Positions 1 through 8,872 of a DNA stretch of 64,000 nucleotides are shown here, piece by piece. This stretch comes from Anaeromyxobacteraceae bacterium. Its GTDB lineage: Bacteria; Myxococcota; Myxococcia; Myxococcales; Anaeromyxobacteraceae. Position 1 is the first letter of the stretch. Each line of letters opens with the position of its first letter. Below the pieces are notes generated by a model. It saw only the letters and a program-made list of their open reading frames with translations. It was not told the origin of the DNA and did not search any database. A program made the translations under genes and the position numbers. The stretch is from NCBI GenBank assembly GCA_032654565.1, contig JAULAX010000015.1:384001-448000 (forward strand), given 5' to 3'.

Positions 1-826
1 CGAACACGTGGGCCGATTCCAAGTGCGGAAGCACATCAGCAACTTCCCCAAGATACTCGAGCCCACCGCGACGCAGCAAAACCTCAAGTTCGCCACTCGT
101 AATACCGGTCGGGTTCGGATCCATAGGCCCAATTAGCTGAAGACGAGCGTCAGGAAACCTACTGTGCACGGCTTGAGCGGCCTCCGCATATTCAAATAGG
201 CCTTTGTCCCGCAATAGACGAGCAACCATCAGGAACACAAATGGCGACCGAGCGGGGAGGGGGGCTTGGCGGAATCGCTTGAGGTTGACCCCCGAACCTC
301 GGATCTGAAAGACCCGATGGTGCGTTCGGACCAGGCGCTTCTCTCGGAAGAACCTCTCGTCATCGGGGTTTTGAAAAAATACGGTATCCGCAGCAAGCAG
401 ACCAAGTCGGTAAAGGAATCTCAAAAGACCGCTTAGAAAGGGGTGCATCCCCGAGTAATCGCCTAGGGCCGAACCCACCCCGGTTACCATTGAAGCCCGT
501 CGCGGAACGCCAGCAATCCAGGCGGCCAAGGAACCAAAGATGACGGGCTTTGCCGTATAACTCAGTAGGACATCGGGACGTTCTTTGCGGAAGAGCCTCC
601 AAAGGCTGATGAGGTACCCAAGGTCTGCTAAGGGGTTGAGCCCAGTCCGGGAAAGAGATACGGCCTCGAATCGAGCACCAAGAAAGGCCAATGCCGAAGT
701 TGAGCTCCTATCCCCCCCCGGCGCGGAAACTACAACATGGTGGCCAGCCGCAATGATCGCGGCAAGCATATCACCGCGAAAATTGATGAGCGAAAAGGCA
801 GAAGGACCTAGGACTACCACCTTCAT
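1..826 (-). CDS. GT4 (CapM-like) glycosyltransferase, runs off the left edge
   Basis: Absent from the ORF track. Manual translation from ATG 826 to ~361 gives MKVVVLGPSAFSLINFRGDML...SRTGLNPLADL...PDVLLSYTAKPVIFGSLAA...VFFQNPD with no stop. The ATG overlaps the asnB stop (ATGA). Confidence 0.88.
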   Translation of the reverse strand, partial: MKVVVLGPSAFSLINFRGDMLAAIIAAGHHVVVSAPGGDRSSTSALAFLGARFEAVSLSRTGLNPLADLGYLISLWRLFRKERPDVLLSYTAKPVIFGSLAAWIAGVPRRASMVTGVGSALGDYSGMHPFLSGLLRFLYRLGLLAADTVFFQNPDDERFFREKRLVRTHHRVFQIRGSGVNLKRFRQAPLPARSPFVFLMVARLLRDKGLFEYAEAAQAVHSRFPDARLQLIGPMDPNPTGITSGELEVLLRRGGLEYLGEVADVLPHLESAHVF

Positions 827-2790
827 GATTGAAGGCCGAACCTAGGGTGAGCGTCCAACCAGGCCTGAAACATCAAGACCGCCCAGAGTTCATATTGCTG
901 ATTGCGTCGTCCAGACATATGGGCCTCAAGAAGTCTCTGAACAGGTTCAGGCCGAAGGTACCCTTGCCTGCGAAGTCGGTCGACTGACAAGAGGTCCTCA
1001 GCCCATGAACGTAGAGGACCGCGCAACCAAGCATCAATCGGAACGCCAAAGCCCTGCTTCGGGCGCTCCAGAAGCGAACTGGGCAACATTCTGTCCAGCA
1101 AACGGCGCAACAGCCACTTTCCTCTTCCATTTCGAATCTTCTGGTTGAGAGGGAGCCGCCAGCCGAACTCAATAAGACGATGGTCGAGAAAAGGACACCG
1201 CGCCTCAAGGCTCACAGCCATTGTTGCTCGGTCAAGCTTGGTCAGAATGTCGCTCGGAAGATATCGAAGTTGGTCGTCAAGCATCATTCTGTGCGCAGGC
1301 GCGCGAAGAAACGAATCTCCAAACAGCTCCTCCGCGCTGTTACTTGGCTCGAAGCCACCAAGAACCAATTCCCCGGGCTCCTGCCAAGTCGATATGAGCC
1401 TGCGTCTTAAGTCCACGAGGCTGGCGACACCCACTAGTCCAGCCAGCTTTTGAACCCTATTGCCTGAAAGCAGTCCCATATAGCGGACTGGCAAAAGGTG
1501 ATCGGCGTACCTACCCAAAGCGTCCCATCGTTCGGGCAACACATCGCGAAGTAGCGCCGCTAGCCAAACCCGCAGTGGGAGGGGCAACCCTGAGAGAATG
1601 CGCCATAGTCGTGGTCCGGCGACATAGCGCCGATAGCCGCCAAGCGCCTCGTCACCTCCGTCCCCCGAGAGTGCTACGGTGACCTGCGAACGTGCCAAAC
1701 GCGCAACAAGCAGCGTCGGAATCTGGGATGAGTCGGAAAAGGGCTCGTCAAACACATCCGGAAGCTTGGGAACTACTCGAACCGCATCGTCTGATGTAAC
1801 GGTCAACTCAGTATGATCAGTACCCAGGCGCTGTGCTACTGCTCTAGCCCAAGCGATCTCATCGTATTCACGCTCCTGAAATCCAATGGAAAAGGTCTGT
1901 ACGCGACGGCTACTAAGCGTTTGCATGGTCCCGACAACCGCAGTGGAATCAATGCCACCGGAAAGAAATGCGCCCAACGGGGTGTCTGCTACCATCCGCA
2001 GGCGAACCGAATCAACCAGCAATGAGCGCAATTCCTCTTCAGCGGCATCATCATCCAATTCAGCCGGATGGAGTTCCGAATCTGCGGCGATAGCGGAAAC
2101 ATCCCAGAAACACTTCGTCTTCAGAGACCCATGAGGGTGATGTGTTCCGATAGCTGCCCAGCTTGCGGGCGGCAACTTGAAGACGCCGTCGTAAATGGTC
2201 ATCGGAGCCGGGATGGAGCAATAGCGAAAGTATGTCGTGAGGGCGTTGCGGTCCACGGAAGGGGAAAACCCTGGAACAACACACAGGGCCTTGAGCTCGG
2301 AACCGAACAGAAATACACCGCCCGACCAAGAGTAATAGAGTGGCTTTTTGCCAAGGCGGTCCCGCGCCAGAAGAAGCTGTCTTTCCTGCTGATCCCATGT
2401 AGCAATCGCGAACATACCCCAAAGGCGGGGTAGCGTGGCCTCAAAGCCCCAAGTATCAAGCGCTCCCAGCAGGACTTCGGTGTCGCTTCGCCCTCGGAAC
2501 CGGACCCCCGCGCGTTCCAGTTCAATTCTCAGGTCTGCGAAGTTGTAAATTTCGCCATTGAAGACCGCCGTGTAGCGCCCGCTTCCACTCGTCATTGGCT
2601 GGCGCCCGTCGATAGTAAGGTCAAGTATTGCCAAACGCCGAAAGCCGAGGGCGACGGCTCCGTCTGGCGACACCCAGGACCCGGCGTCATCGGGTCCCCG
2701 ATGGACCAACGTGTTGGCCATGGCGCCGGCCAACCGAATGCGGTCGGCTGGCTGTCCAACGGGTCCCATCAGTCCTGCGAAGCCGCACAT
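823..2790 (-). CDS. asnB: Asparagine synthase (Gln-hydrolysing) family amidotransferase, probably sugar-amidating (WbpS/WbpQ-like)
   Basis: N-terminal MCGFAG nucleophile, HRGPD, FNGEIYN, LSGGIDS, SGDGGDE and RPKQGF motifs; lies inside a polysaccharide locus. Confidence 0.9.
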   Translation of the reverse strand: MCGFAGLMGPVGQPADRIRLAGAMANTLVHRGPDDAGSWVSPDGAVALGFRRLAILDLTIDGRQPMTSGSGRYTAVFNGEIYNFADLRIELERAGVRFRGRSDTEVLLGALDTWGFEATLPRLWGMFAIATWDQQERQLLLARDRLGKKPLYYSWSGGVFLFGSELKALCVVPGFSPSVDRNALTTYFRYCSIPAPMTIYDGVFKLPPASWAAIGTHHPHGSLKTKCFWDVSAIAADSELHPAELDDDAAEEELRSLLVDSVRLRMVADTPLGAFLSGGIDSTAVVGTMQTLSSRRVQTFSIGFQEREYDEIAWARAVAQRLGTDHTELTVTSDDAVRVVPKLPDVFDEPFSDSSQIPTLLVARLARSQVTVALSGDGGDEALGGYRRYVAGPRLWRILSGLPLPLRVWLAALLRDVLPERWDALGRYADHLLPVRYMGLLSGNRVQKLAGLVGVASLVDLRRRLISTWQEPGELVLGGFEPSNSAEELFGDSFLRAPAHRMMLDDQLRYLPSDILTKLDRATMAVSLEARCPFLDHRLIEFGWRLPLNQKIRNGRGKWLLRRLLDRMLPSSLLERPKQGFGVPIDAWLRGPLRSWAEDLLSVDRLRRQGYLRPEPVQRLLEAHMSGRRNQQYELWAVLMFQAWLDAHPRFGLQS

Positions 2791-2792
2791 GA

Positions 2793-3911
2793 CTAGCTCC
2801 CCTTCAATTCGGACGCCCTGCCGGCCCTGGCTGTTTCAACAAGCATGCGCAACAAACGCGGTGAAGCCGACGCCAACGAATAGTGATCCTCCGCACGGGT
2901 GCGGCCGGCTGCTCCCATCGCGAGGCGTGCTTCTTCCGACCGAGCCAAAAAGGTTAGGGCGGCAAGCCATTCTTCGGGCCCCTCTGCAAGAAGTCCGGTT
3001 TGTCCCGGAAGGACAATGCTTGAGTTGACACCGACCGGAGAGGCAATCACAGGAACTGAACATCCCATGTACTGGATCAATTTGAAGCCGCACTTGCCGC
3101 GCTCCCAAGATGCGTCGGGTAAGGGCATAATCCCAACGTCAAAGGAGCGAATGGAGGCAGCCTCAGTATCGCTCGACCAAGCAACGGGCTTTAGGGGCAC
3201 GCCAGGCATTCTGAACGAGCCACTAACACCAACGACGGACAGGACGCCCCCCGACTCCTGGCAAAAGTGACTCAAAACGGGTGCCAGAGACAGAAGGTAG
3301 TCCTGAGTGCTAGGAGACCCTATCCAGCCAACCGAAAATGGACGGCCACGTTGAGAAGGGGCGCCTGTGGGATATCGGTCCAAGTTGATGACTGTTGGCA
3401 ATATGGCTACTTGGCGGGCGCCGGCTGCCGTTGCGTGGTCAGCAATGTATTGATTCCCCGCAACAACCAAAGTAGCGCGAGCCATCACTCCGTCAATCTT
3501 CTTGCCAAGCAGTCCACGGACAACCGAACTGCGGTGAGTATCATAGCGATGAAAGATGGCGTCATCATAGTCAACAACAACTGGGGTGCCCCGACGCAGA
3601 AGCGGGCGCTCTAAGAAATCAGGCAGGAATGGAAATAGCTCCTTCTCCATCCAAAGCAGATCGTATTGGCGAGACCCCAAGAGCCAATAGAGGCGCTTCA
3701 GCCCCGACCAAAGGAGAGCAAGAGGACGCTTCGTAGCCCCGCCGTAGAGACTGCGAACGTAGTCTTCTCCGAGGAGAGGCGCTTCGTCGATCTGAAGGCC
3801 CATGCTCCGCAGATACGGAAGGTACTGGTAGACCCGATAGCGGCTACTCGCCCCAGAGGCGTCGTAGCGGCTGAGCGCCAAGATTCGCAACGTGGCCCCC
3901 TCACCGTCCAA
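2793..3911 (-). CDS. GT4 glycosyltransferase
   Basis: ASSRYR, DYDDAIF, VGWIGS and GKCGFKLIQYM motifs. Confidence 0.88.
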   Translation of the reverse strand: MDGEGATLRILALSRYDASGASSRYRVYQYLPYLRSMGLQIDEAPLLGEDYVRSLYGGATKRPLALLWSGLKRLYWLLGSRQYDLLWMEKELFPFLPDFLERPLLRRGTPVVVDYDDAIFHRYDTHRSSVVRGLLGKKIDGVMARATLVVAGNQYIADHATAAGARQVAILPTVINLDRYPTGAPSQRGRPFSVGWIGSPSTQDYLLSLAPVLSHFCQESGGVLSVVGVSGSFRMPGVPLKPVAWSSDTEAASIRSFDVGIMPLPDASWERGKCGFKLIQYMGCSVPVIASPVGVNSSIVLPGQTGLLAEGPEEWLAALTFLARSEEARLAMGAAGRTRAEDHYSLASASPRLLRMLVETARAGRASELKGS

Positions 3912-3977
3912 AGAACGTTACAACGTACCGATGACGCCTCTTGTCATGAAGAGTAACATGCGCGAGGGAGGAGAAGA

Positions 3978-5015
3978 GTGATTAGCATGTTCGTAGCCCC
4001 GTTCGTCAGTTTGGCCATTTCGTTCATTGTGACCAAATGGACCCGCAAAGCGGCGCTGAAGCGCTCGGTCGTGGACCACCCCAATGAACGAAGCGCACAC
4101 ATCACCCCAACACCCCGGCTAGGCGGGATAGGTATAATGGCGGGGTTTATCCCGGCAGCGCTAGCGGTCGCGGCGATCGACGACGCCAGCAACTCAGTAT
4201 TCGTGGCGTTGGCCGGAACGGCTGCAATATCTCTACTAGGTCTCATTGATGACTTGCGCCCACAACCAGCGTGGCGGCGCCTTCTGGTTCATGTTCTTGC
4301 TGCTGCCATGGTAGTCGGCTCGTCTTGGTCGAATCTTCCTGCAGCTTGGACTCTGTTCGGAATCGCGACGCCACACTGGGCTCTTGGAATCTTGTCTGTA
4401 CTTTGGATTGCTTGGTGGACCAATCTCTACAATTTCATGGACGGGATCGACGGGTTGGCGGGCGGGCAGGCCGTGGTTGCGTTTGGTGCGCTTGCGATCG
4501 TTGGCTATTCGGGTGGGGCCGCCGTTTCATCAACTCTTGCTTTGATCCTACTGGCGTCTTCGCTAGGGTTTCTATTCTTCAATTTTCCGCCGGCCACCAT
4601 ATTCATGGGGGACGTCGGCTCAACCAGCATAGGGTTTCTCCTCGGCAGTCTGCCACTGGTCTCGCCAGGTGGAGCTATTCCGGTCGAGGCGGCGGGTTTG
4701 GCGGCCGCGCTCTTCTTCCTGGATGCAACCTGGACCCTCCTCCGGCGCATGTTCAAGCGAGAGCGCCTCTCCCAAGCACATCGGTCACACGTCTATCAGC
4801 GGCCCCTCGCGCTTGGCGTCAGCCACCGAACCATCACGCTCACTGCATACGCAGGAATGCTCGTCGTTGGAGCATGTAGCATCACATACCGTGATTGTCA
4901 CACCTTGGGACGACTAAGTCTATTGACCGCTGCGATACTAGTCTTCGGGCTGTTCGCGGTTCTGGTCGAGCGTCTTGAGCGGCATTTCCATTCGAACGGG
5001 CCGGCAAGTCCTTAA
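3978..5015 (+). CDS. MraY/WecA/WbpL-family undecaprenyl-phosphate HexNAc-1-P transferase
   Basis: RSAHITPTPRLGG, GLIDD, NLYNFMDGIDGL, FMGDVGS and AHRSHVYQ motifs; many TM helices. Confidence 0.92.
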   Translation: MISMFVAPFVSLAISFIVTKWTRKAALKRSVVDHPNERSAHITPTPRLGGIGIMAGFIPAALAVAAIDDASNSVFVALAGTAAISLLGLIDDLRPQPAWRRLLVHVLAAAMVVGSSWSNLPAAWTLFGIATPHWALGILSVLWIAWWTNLYNFMDGIDGLAGGQAVVAFGALAIVGYSGGAAVSSTLALILLASSLGFLFFNFPPATIFMGDVGSTSIGFLLGSLPLVSPGGAIPVEAAGLAAALFFLDATWTLLRRMFKRERLSQAHRSHVYQRPLALGVSHRTITLTAYAGMLVVGACSITYRDCHTLGRLSLLTAAILVFGLFAVLVERLERHFHSNGPASP

Positions 5016-5095
5016 GTTGCGAAATCAGAAATGAGGCCAGCGGCCAATAATGACTGCAGTACTTAGAATCTCCTAGAATCATTTCCCGACGGGCG

Positions 5096-6283
5096 TTGGT
5101 GTCCCGCATGCCGCGGACAACAGCACTGAGGACAAGAGTGACCCCGAAGCAAATGCGCATGTTACGAGCCCGGGAGCGCTCCTTCCTTTTGGGCGCGCTC
5201 TTCCATCCAGTAGAGATGGCGGACAGGCTCAGAGACCTAGCGAATTGTGGTCTTGACTGGAAAGCCATTGGCCGGCAGGCCGAGATGCTTGGCCTAAGTC
5301 CCTTGGTCTACGATGCCATCTGTCAGGCGGAAGTTCATTCTTTGGTGAGGCCGGACGAACTGGCACGATTCGCCGCCGCCGCCGCTCTAAATGCAGCCCA
5401 GAACGCGCTGTTTGCCCGTACTGCGGCGCAAGTCCAGCGGCATCTTGCGGGAGCGGGTATTGCATCCCTGACAATCAAGGGTACGGCCTTCGCCCTAAGC
5501 GCGCCTGCGTACTATTCGGTGCGCAGGCAGTCCGACGTCGACCTCCTGGTCGAGCCTGGGCGCGCGGAGGCGGCTTGGGAAGCCCTTCTCGCCCTCGGAT
5601 TCCGCGGCGAAAGTCACATTGTGGGATTTGAGGGTCGGTCACCTGATGGCGCCTTCGGTCGGAGGCCTATAGACCACCACTTGCCGCCATTAGAGTTCGG
5701 CGGCGTTTCGGTGGAGCTTCACACTAGGCTGCCTGGAGCGGACGGAAGCGCCAACAGTGGTCAACTCTGGAAAGACAGAATCACTTCCGAGTCGACTGGA
5801 CTAGTGACGCCGTCACTTGACGATCAGTTGGGTATTCTTTGTGACCATGTCTACGTGCACCACCACGGCCAACGAAGTCTGTTGCCGCGTCATGTTTCTG
5901 ACTTTCACGTGCTGGTCGCGGCCGGTGCTTCAATTGAATCAGCTAAGGCGAACTACAGTCGAACTGTGGCTCTATCGGAGAAGTTGGTTGAAGAGTCGCG
6001 CGTGGCGCAACTAAGGCCGGACATTCTAAGCAGCCGGGGAGCAAGTGAGGCCTTGGCACCTTGGTGGATGATTGGCACCAGACTTGGCACTCGTCTCTTC
6101 GCAAGCTGGAGGGCATTCGCAGTTCGTGGCGAAGCGCTACGACAGAATGGTCTCTCACTGTTCTTTCCCGCACCAAGCTACATGGCGTGGAGGTACGGAT
6201 TTGAAAGGCGTCCGGCCTTCTTGGTACTACTTTATCCATGGAGGTGGCTTAGCGCGGTCTGGAAGGTTGTTTCGGGGCGCTAA
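5096..6283 (+). CDS. Uncharacterised nucleotidyltransferase (NTP_transf_5-like); start uncertain
   Basis: IKG...RRQSDVDLLV and VELHTRL motifs. Confidence 0.75.
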   Translation: MVSRMPRTTALRTRVTPKQMRMLRARERSFLLGALFHPVEMADRLRDLANCGLDWKAIGRQAEMLGLSPLVYDAICQAEVHSLVRPDELARFAAAAALNAAQNALFARTAAQVQRHLAGAGIASLTIKGTAFALSAPAYYSVRRQSDVDLLVEPGRAEAAWEALLALGFRGESHIVGFEGRSPDGAFGRRPIDHHLPPLEFGGVSVELHTRLPGADGSANSGQLWKDRITSESTGLVTPSLDDQLGILCDHVYVHHHGQRSLLPRHVSDFHVLVAAGASIESAKANYSRTVALSEKLVEESRVAQLRPDILSSRGASEALAPWWMIGTRLGTRLFASWRAFAVRGEALRQNGLSLFFPAPSYMAWRYGFERRPAFLVLLYPWRWLSAVWKVVSGR

Positions 6284-6340
6284 AAACATGTTTCAAAACG
6301 ACGCTAGTCACCGAAAGTCAGATATGGGTCCCAAATGCTG

Positions 6341-7354
6341 CTAATCTGCAATCGCGGTTGGCCCGTAGGTCTTCGCCGCTAGCGCAATCCCCTCAGTGAC
6401 AGCCACGGTTGGAGTGTATGTCAGTAGACGCCGCGCCCGAGAGATGTCGGCCAGGGAATGGCGGATGTCTCCGTCGCGGAACGGCCGCTGGATCAACTGG
6501 AGCCCCGCCGCCTTCGGCCGCACCTTAGCCACCTCGCCGCGCATCAGTTCGAAGAGTCGCTTCAGCGTCGTCTGCTCGCCGAAGGCCACGTTGTATACCT
6601 TCCCCGGCGCTTCGCCGTCCTGCGTGGTAGCCGCCAGCAGGTTGGCCTGCACCACGTTCTCCACGAAGCAGAAGTCCCGACTCGTTTCCCCGTCGCCGTT
6701 CACGTACGCCGGCGTGTCTTCGTATAGGCAGCGGAACCAGATCGGGATCACCGCAGCGTAGGGTCCTTCCGGATCCTGCCGCGGCCCGAAGACGTTGAAG
6801 TACCGAAGCCCCATCAGTTCCAGCCCGTAGGCCGCGCCGAACACGTGCGCGTAGAGCTCGTTTGCGTACTTGGTCACAGCATAAGGCGAGAGCTGCCGCC
6901 CGACATGATCCTCCACCTTCGGAAGGGTCGGGTGGTCTCCGTATACCGAGCTCGAGCTGGCGTAGACCACTCGCTTGATACCCGCCGCGCGCGCTGCCTG
7001 CAGCACGTTCAGGAAGCCGGTGACGTTCACGTTGTGGCTCGTCACCGGGTCGAGGATCGATCTCGGCACGGATCCCAGAGCAGCCTGGTGCAGGATTAGT
7101 TCCACCCCCTGGCAGGCCGAGGCGCAGGCTGCTGGGTCCCGGATGTCTCCTTCAATCACCTCGAGGTTGTCCCGACGGGCCCCGATCGCCGCTTCAAGGT
7201 TTCGCCGGTGGCCAGTGGCGAAGTTGTCGAGCACCCGCACCCGCTGCCCGAGCCGCAGCAGGTGCTCAACCAGGTGCGATCCGATGAACCCCGCCCCCCC
7301 GGTCACCAGCCAGGTTGCCTGCCGCGTGGCGACCGCCGTTTCCCAGGGAGCCAT
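6341..7354 (-). CDS. wbpP: UDP-GlcNAc(A) 4-epimerase (WbpP/TviC-like SDR)
   Basis: TGGAGFIGS, HQAALGSVPRS, YAVTK and YFNVFGPRQDP motifs. Confidence 0.88.
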   Translation of the reverse strand: MAPWETAVATRQATWLVTGGAGFIGSHLVEHLLRLGQRVRVLDNFATGHRRNLEAAIGARRDNLEVIEGDIRDPAACASACQGVELILHQAALGSVPRSILDPVTSHNVNVTGFLNVLQAARAAGIKRVVYASSSSVYGDHPTLPKVEDHVGRQLSPYAVTKYANELYAHVFGAAYGLELMGLRYFNVFGPRQDPEGPYAAVIPIWFRCLYEDTPAYVNGDGETSRDFCFVENVVQANLLAATTQDGEAPGKVYNVAFGEQTTLKRLFELMRGEVAKVRPKAAGLQLIQRPFRDGDIRHSLADISRARRLLTYTPTVAVTEGIALAAKTYGPTAIAD

Positions 7355-8677
7355 CTAGGCCTTCACCAACCGGCAGGGCACCGTTCGCCCAGCGAAGAGT
7401 GGCGCCACCAGGTTTCTGGCATCCACCGCCAGTTTTACGCCGGCCCAGAGATCGGCGTTCTTGAACGCCTCGTGTGCGGTCGAGACCACCACAGCGTCGT
7501 AGCGGGCGAAGGTGTCGGCGTCACAGGGGACCGACTTGAGCGCCAGATCATGGTGCCGCCCCTTGCGCGCAGTTGGAAAATGCGGATCGCAGTAGTCGAT
7601 CCGTGCCCCCAACTCCTGGAGCAGCTCCAAGATTTCATAGGACGGCGATTCCCTGTCGTCGTCCACGTTCGCCTTGTAGGCCAGTCCAAGCACCAGCACC
7701 CGCGAACCCTTGAGCGCCTTGCCGTCCTCGTTGAGGGCGTGCATCACCTTGTCCACCACGTAGCGCGGCATCCGCGTGTTGATCTCGCCGGCCAGCTCGA
7801 TGAACCGCGCCCACTCCCCGTGCTCGGCCGCCTTCCAGGAGAGGTAGAACGGGTCGAGCGGGATGCAGTGCCCACCCAGCCCGGGCCCCGGGTAGAACGG
7901 CATGAAGCCGAACGGCTTGGTGGCCGCCGCAGCGATCACCTCCCAGACGTCGATCCCCATCTTGTCGAGAATCACCTTCAGCTCATTCACCAGCGCGATG
8001 TTGACGGACCTGAAGATGTTCTCCAGCAGCTTGGAGGATTCGGCCACCCGGCTGGAGGAGACCGCCACCACCTTGTCGAGGCCAGCCGTGTAGAGCGCCA
8101 CCGCCGCCGCGGTCGATGGCACGTTGACCCCTCCCACCACCTTCGGGATCGACCGGGTCGTGAAGTCCTTGCGTCCCGGATCCTCGCGCTCGGGAGAGAA
8201 GGCCAGCAGGAAGTCCTCCGGGCACTTCAGGCCGCCCTTCTGGAGGATCGGCAGCACCTCGCCGTCCGTGGTGCCCGGGTAGGTGGTGGACTCCAGGACC
8301 ACCAGTTGCCCGCGCCGAAGCCGCTTCGCGATCTCTTCCGAAGTCCGATGGATGTAGGAGTTGTCCGGCTCGCGATGCAGGCCGAGGGGTGTCGGCACGC
8401 AGATGATGATGGCGTCGCACGAACGCAGCCCGTCGAAGTCGGTGGTGGCGTTGAACTTACCGCTCGTAACCGCCTTCTTCACCCGCTCCGGCCCGATGTG
8501 CTTGATGTATGACTCGCCCCGGCCGATGGCCGACACCTTGACCGGGTCGAGGTCGAAGCCGGTCACCGAGAAGCCGGCCTCGCAGAAGACCAGCGCCAGC
8601 GGCAGCCCAACGTAGCCCTGGCCGATGACGCCGATTCGCGCGGTGCGGTCGTTGATCCTGGAAAGCAACGCGTTCAT
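7355..8677 (-). CDS. UDP-N-acetylhexosamine 6-dehydrogenase (WbpA/WbpO family)
   Basis: GQGYVG, LESTTYPGTT, FSPEREDPG, GPGLGGHCIP and LAYKANVDD motifs; start placed at ATG 8677 (MNALLSRI). Confidence 0.9.
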   Translation of the reverse strand: MNALLSRINDRTARIGVIGQGYVGLPLALVFCEAGFSVTGFDLDPVKVSAIGRGESYIKHIGPERVKKAVTSGKFNATTDFDGLRSCDAIIICVPTPLGLHREPDNSYIHRTSEEIAKRLRRGQLVVLESTTYPGTTDGEVLPILQKGGLKCPEDFLLAFSPEREDPGRKDFTTRSIPKVVGGVNVPSTAAAVALYTAGLDKVVAVSSSRVAESSKLLENIFRSVNIALVNELKVILDKMGIDVWEVIAAAATKPFGFMPFYPGPGLGGHCIPLDPFYLSWKAAEHGEWARFIELAGEINTRMPRYVVDKVMHALNEDGKALKGSRVLVLGLAYKANVDDDRESPSYEILELLQELGARIDYCDPHFPTARKGRHHDLALKSVPCDADTFARYDAVVVSTAHEAFKNADLWAGVKLAVDARNLVAPLFAGRTVPCRLVKA

Positions 8678-8872
8678 CGAGCCCCCGGCAGAAATCAGTT
8701 GAAGCGGCAGTCTAGTGCGTGATTCGAAATCGAGATAGTTCGAAGCGGTCAACCCCGACTCCTAGTCCGCGTCCGTCCCATCTGTTAAGGTGCGCCCTCG
8801 CTCGTACCTGCAGGGGGGGTAAGACCGTTGGGTGACCCGGTTCCACAGGATTCATTGGTACATTCCTCTCTC

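Noticed and set aside
823..6283. Lasso peptide cluster (AsnB-like plus nucleotidyltransferase)
   Set aside because: AsnB keeps a full glutaminase domain with the N-terminal Cys, no precursor, B1 or B2 gene is seen, and the context is glycan synthesis.
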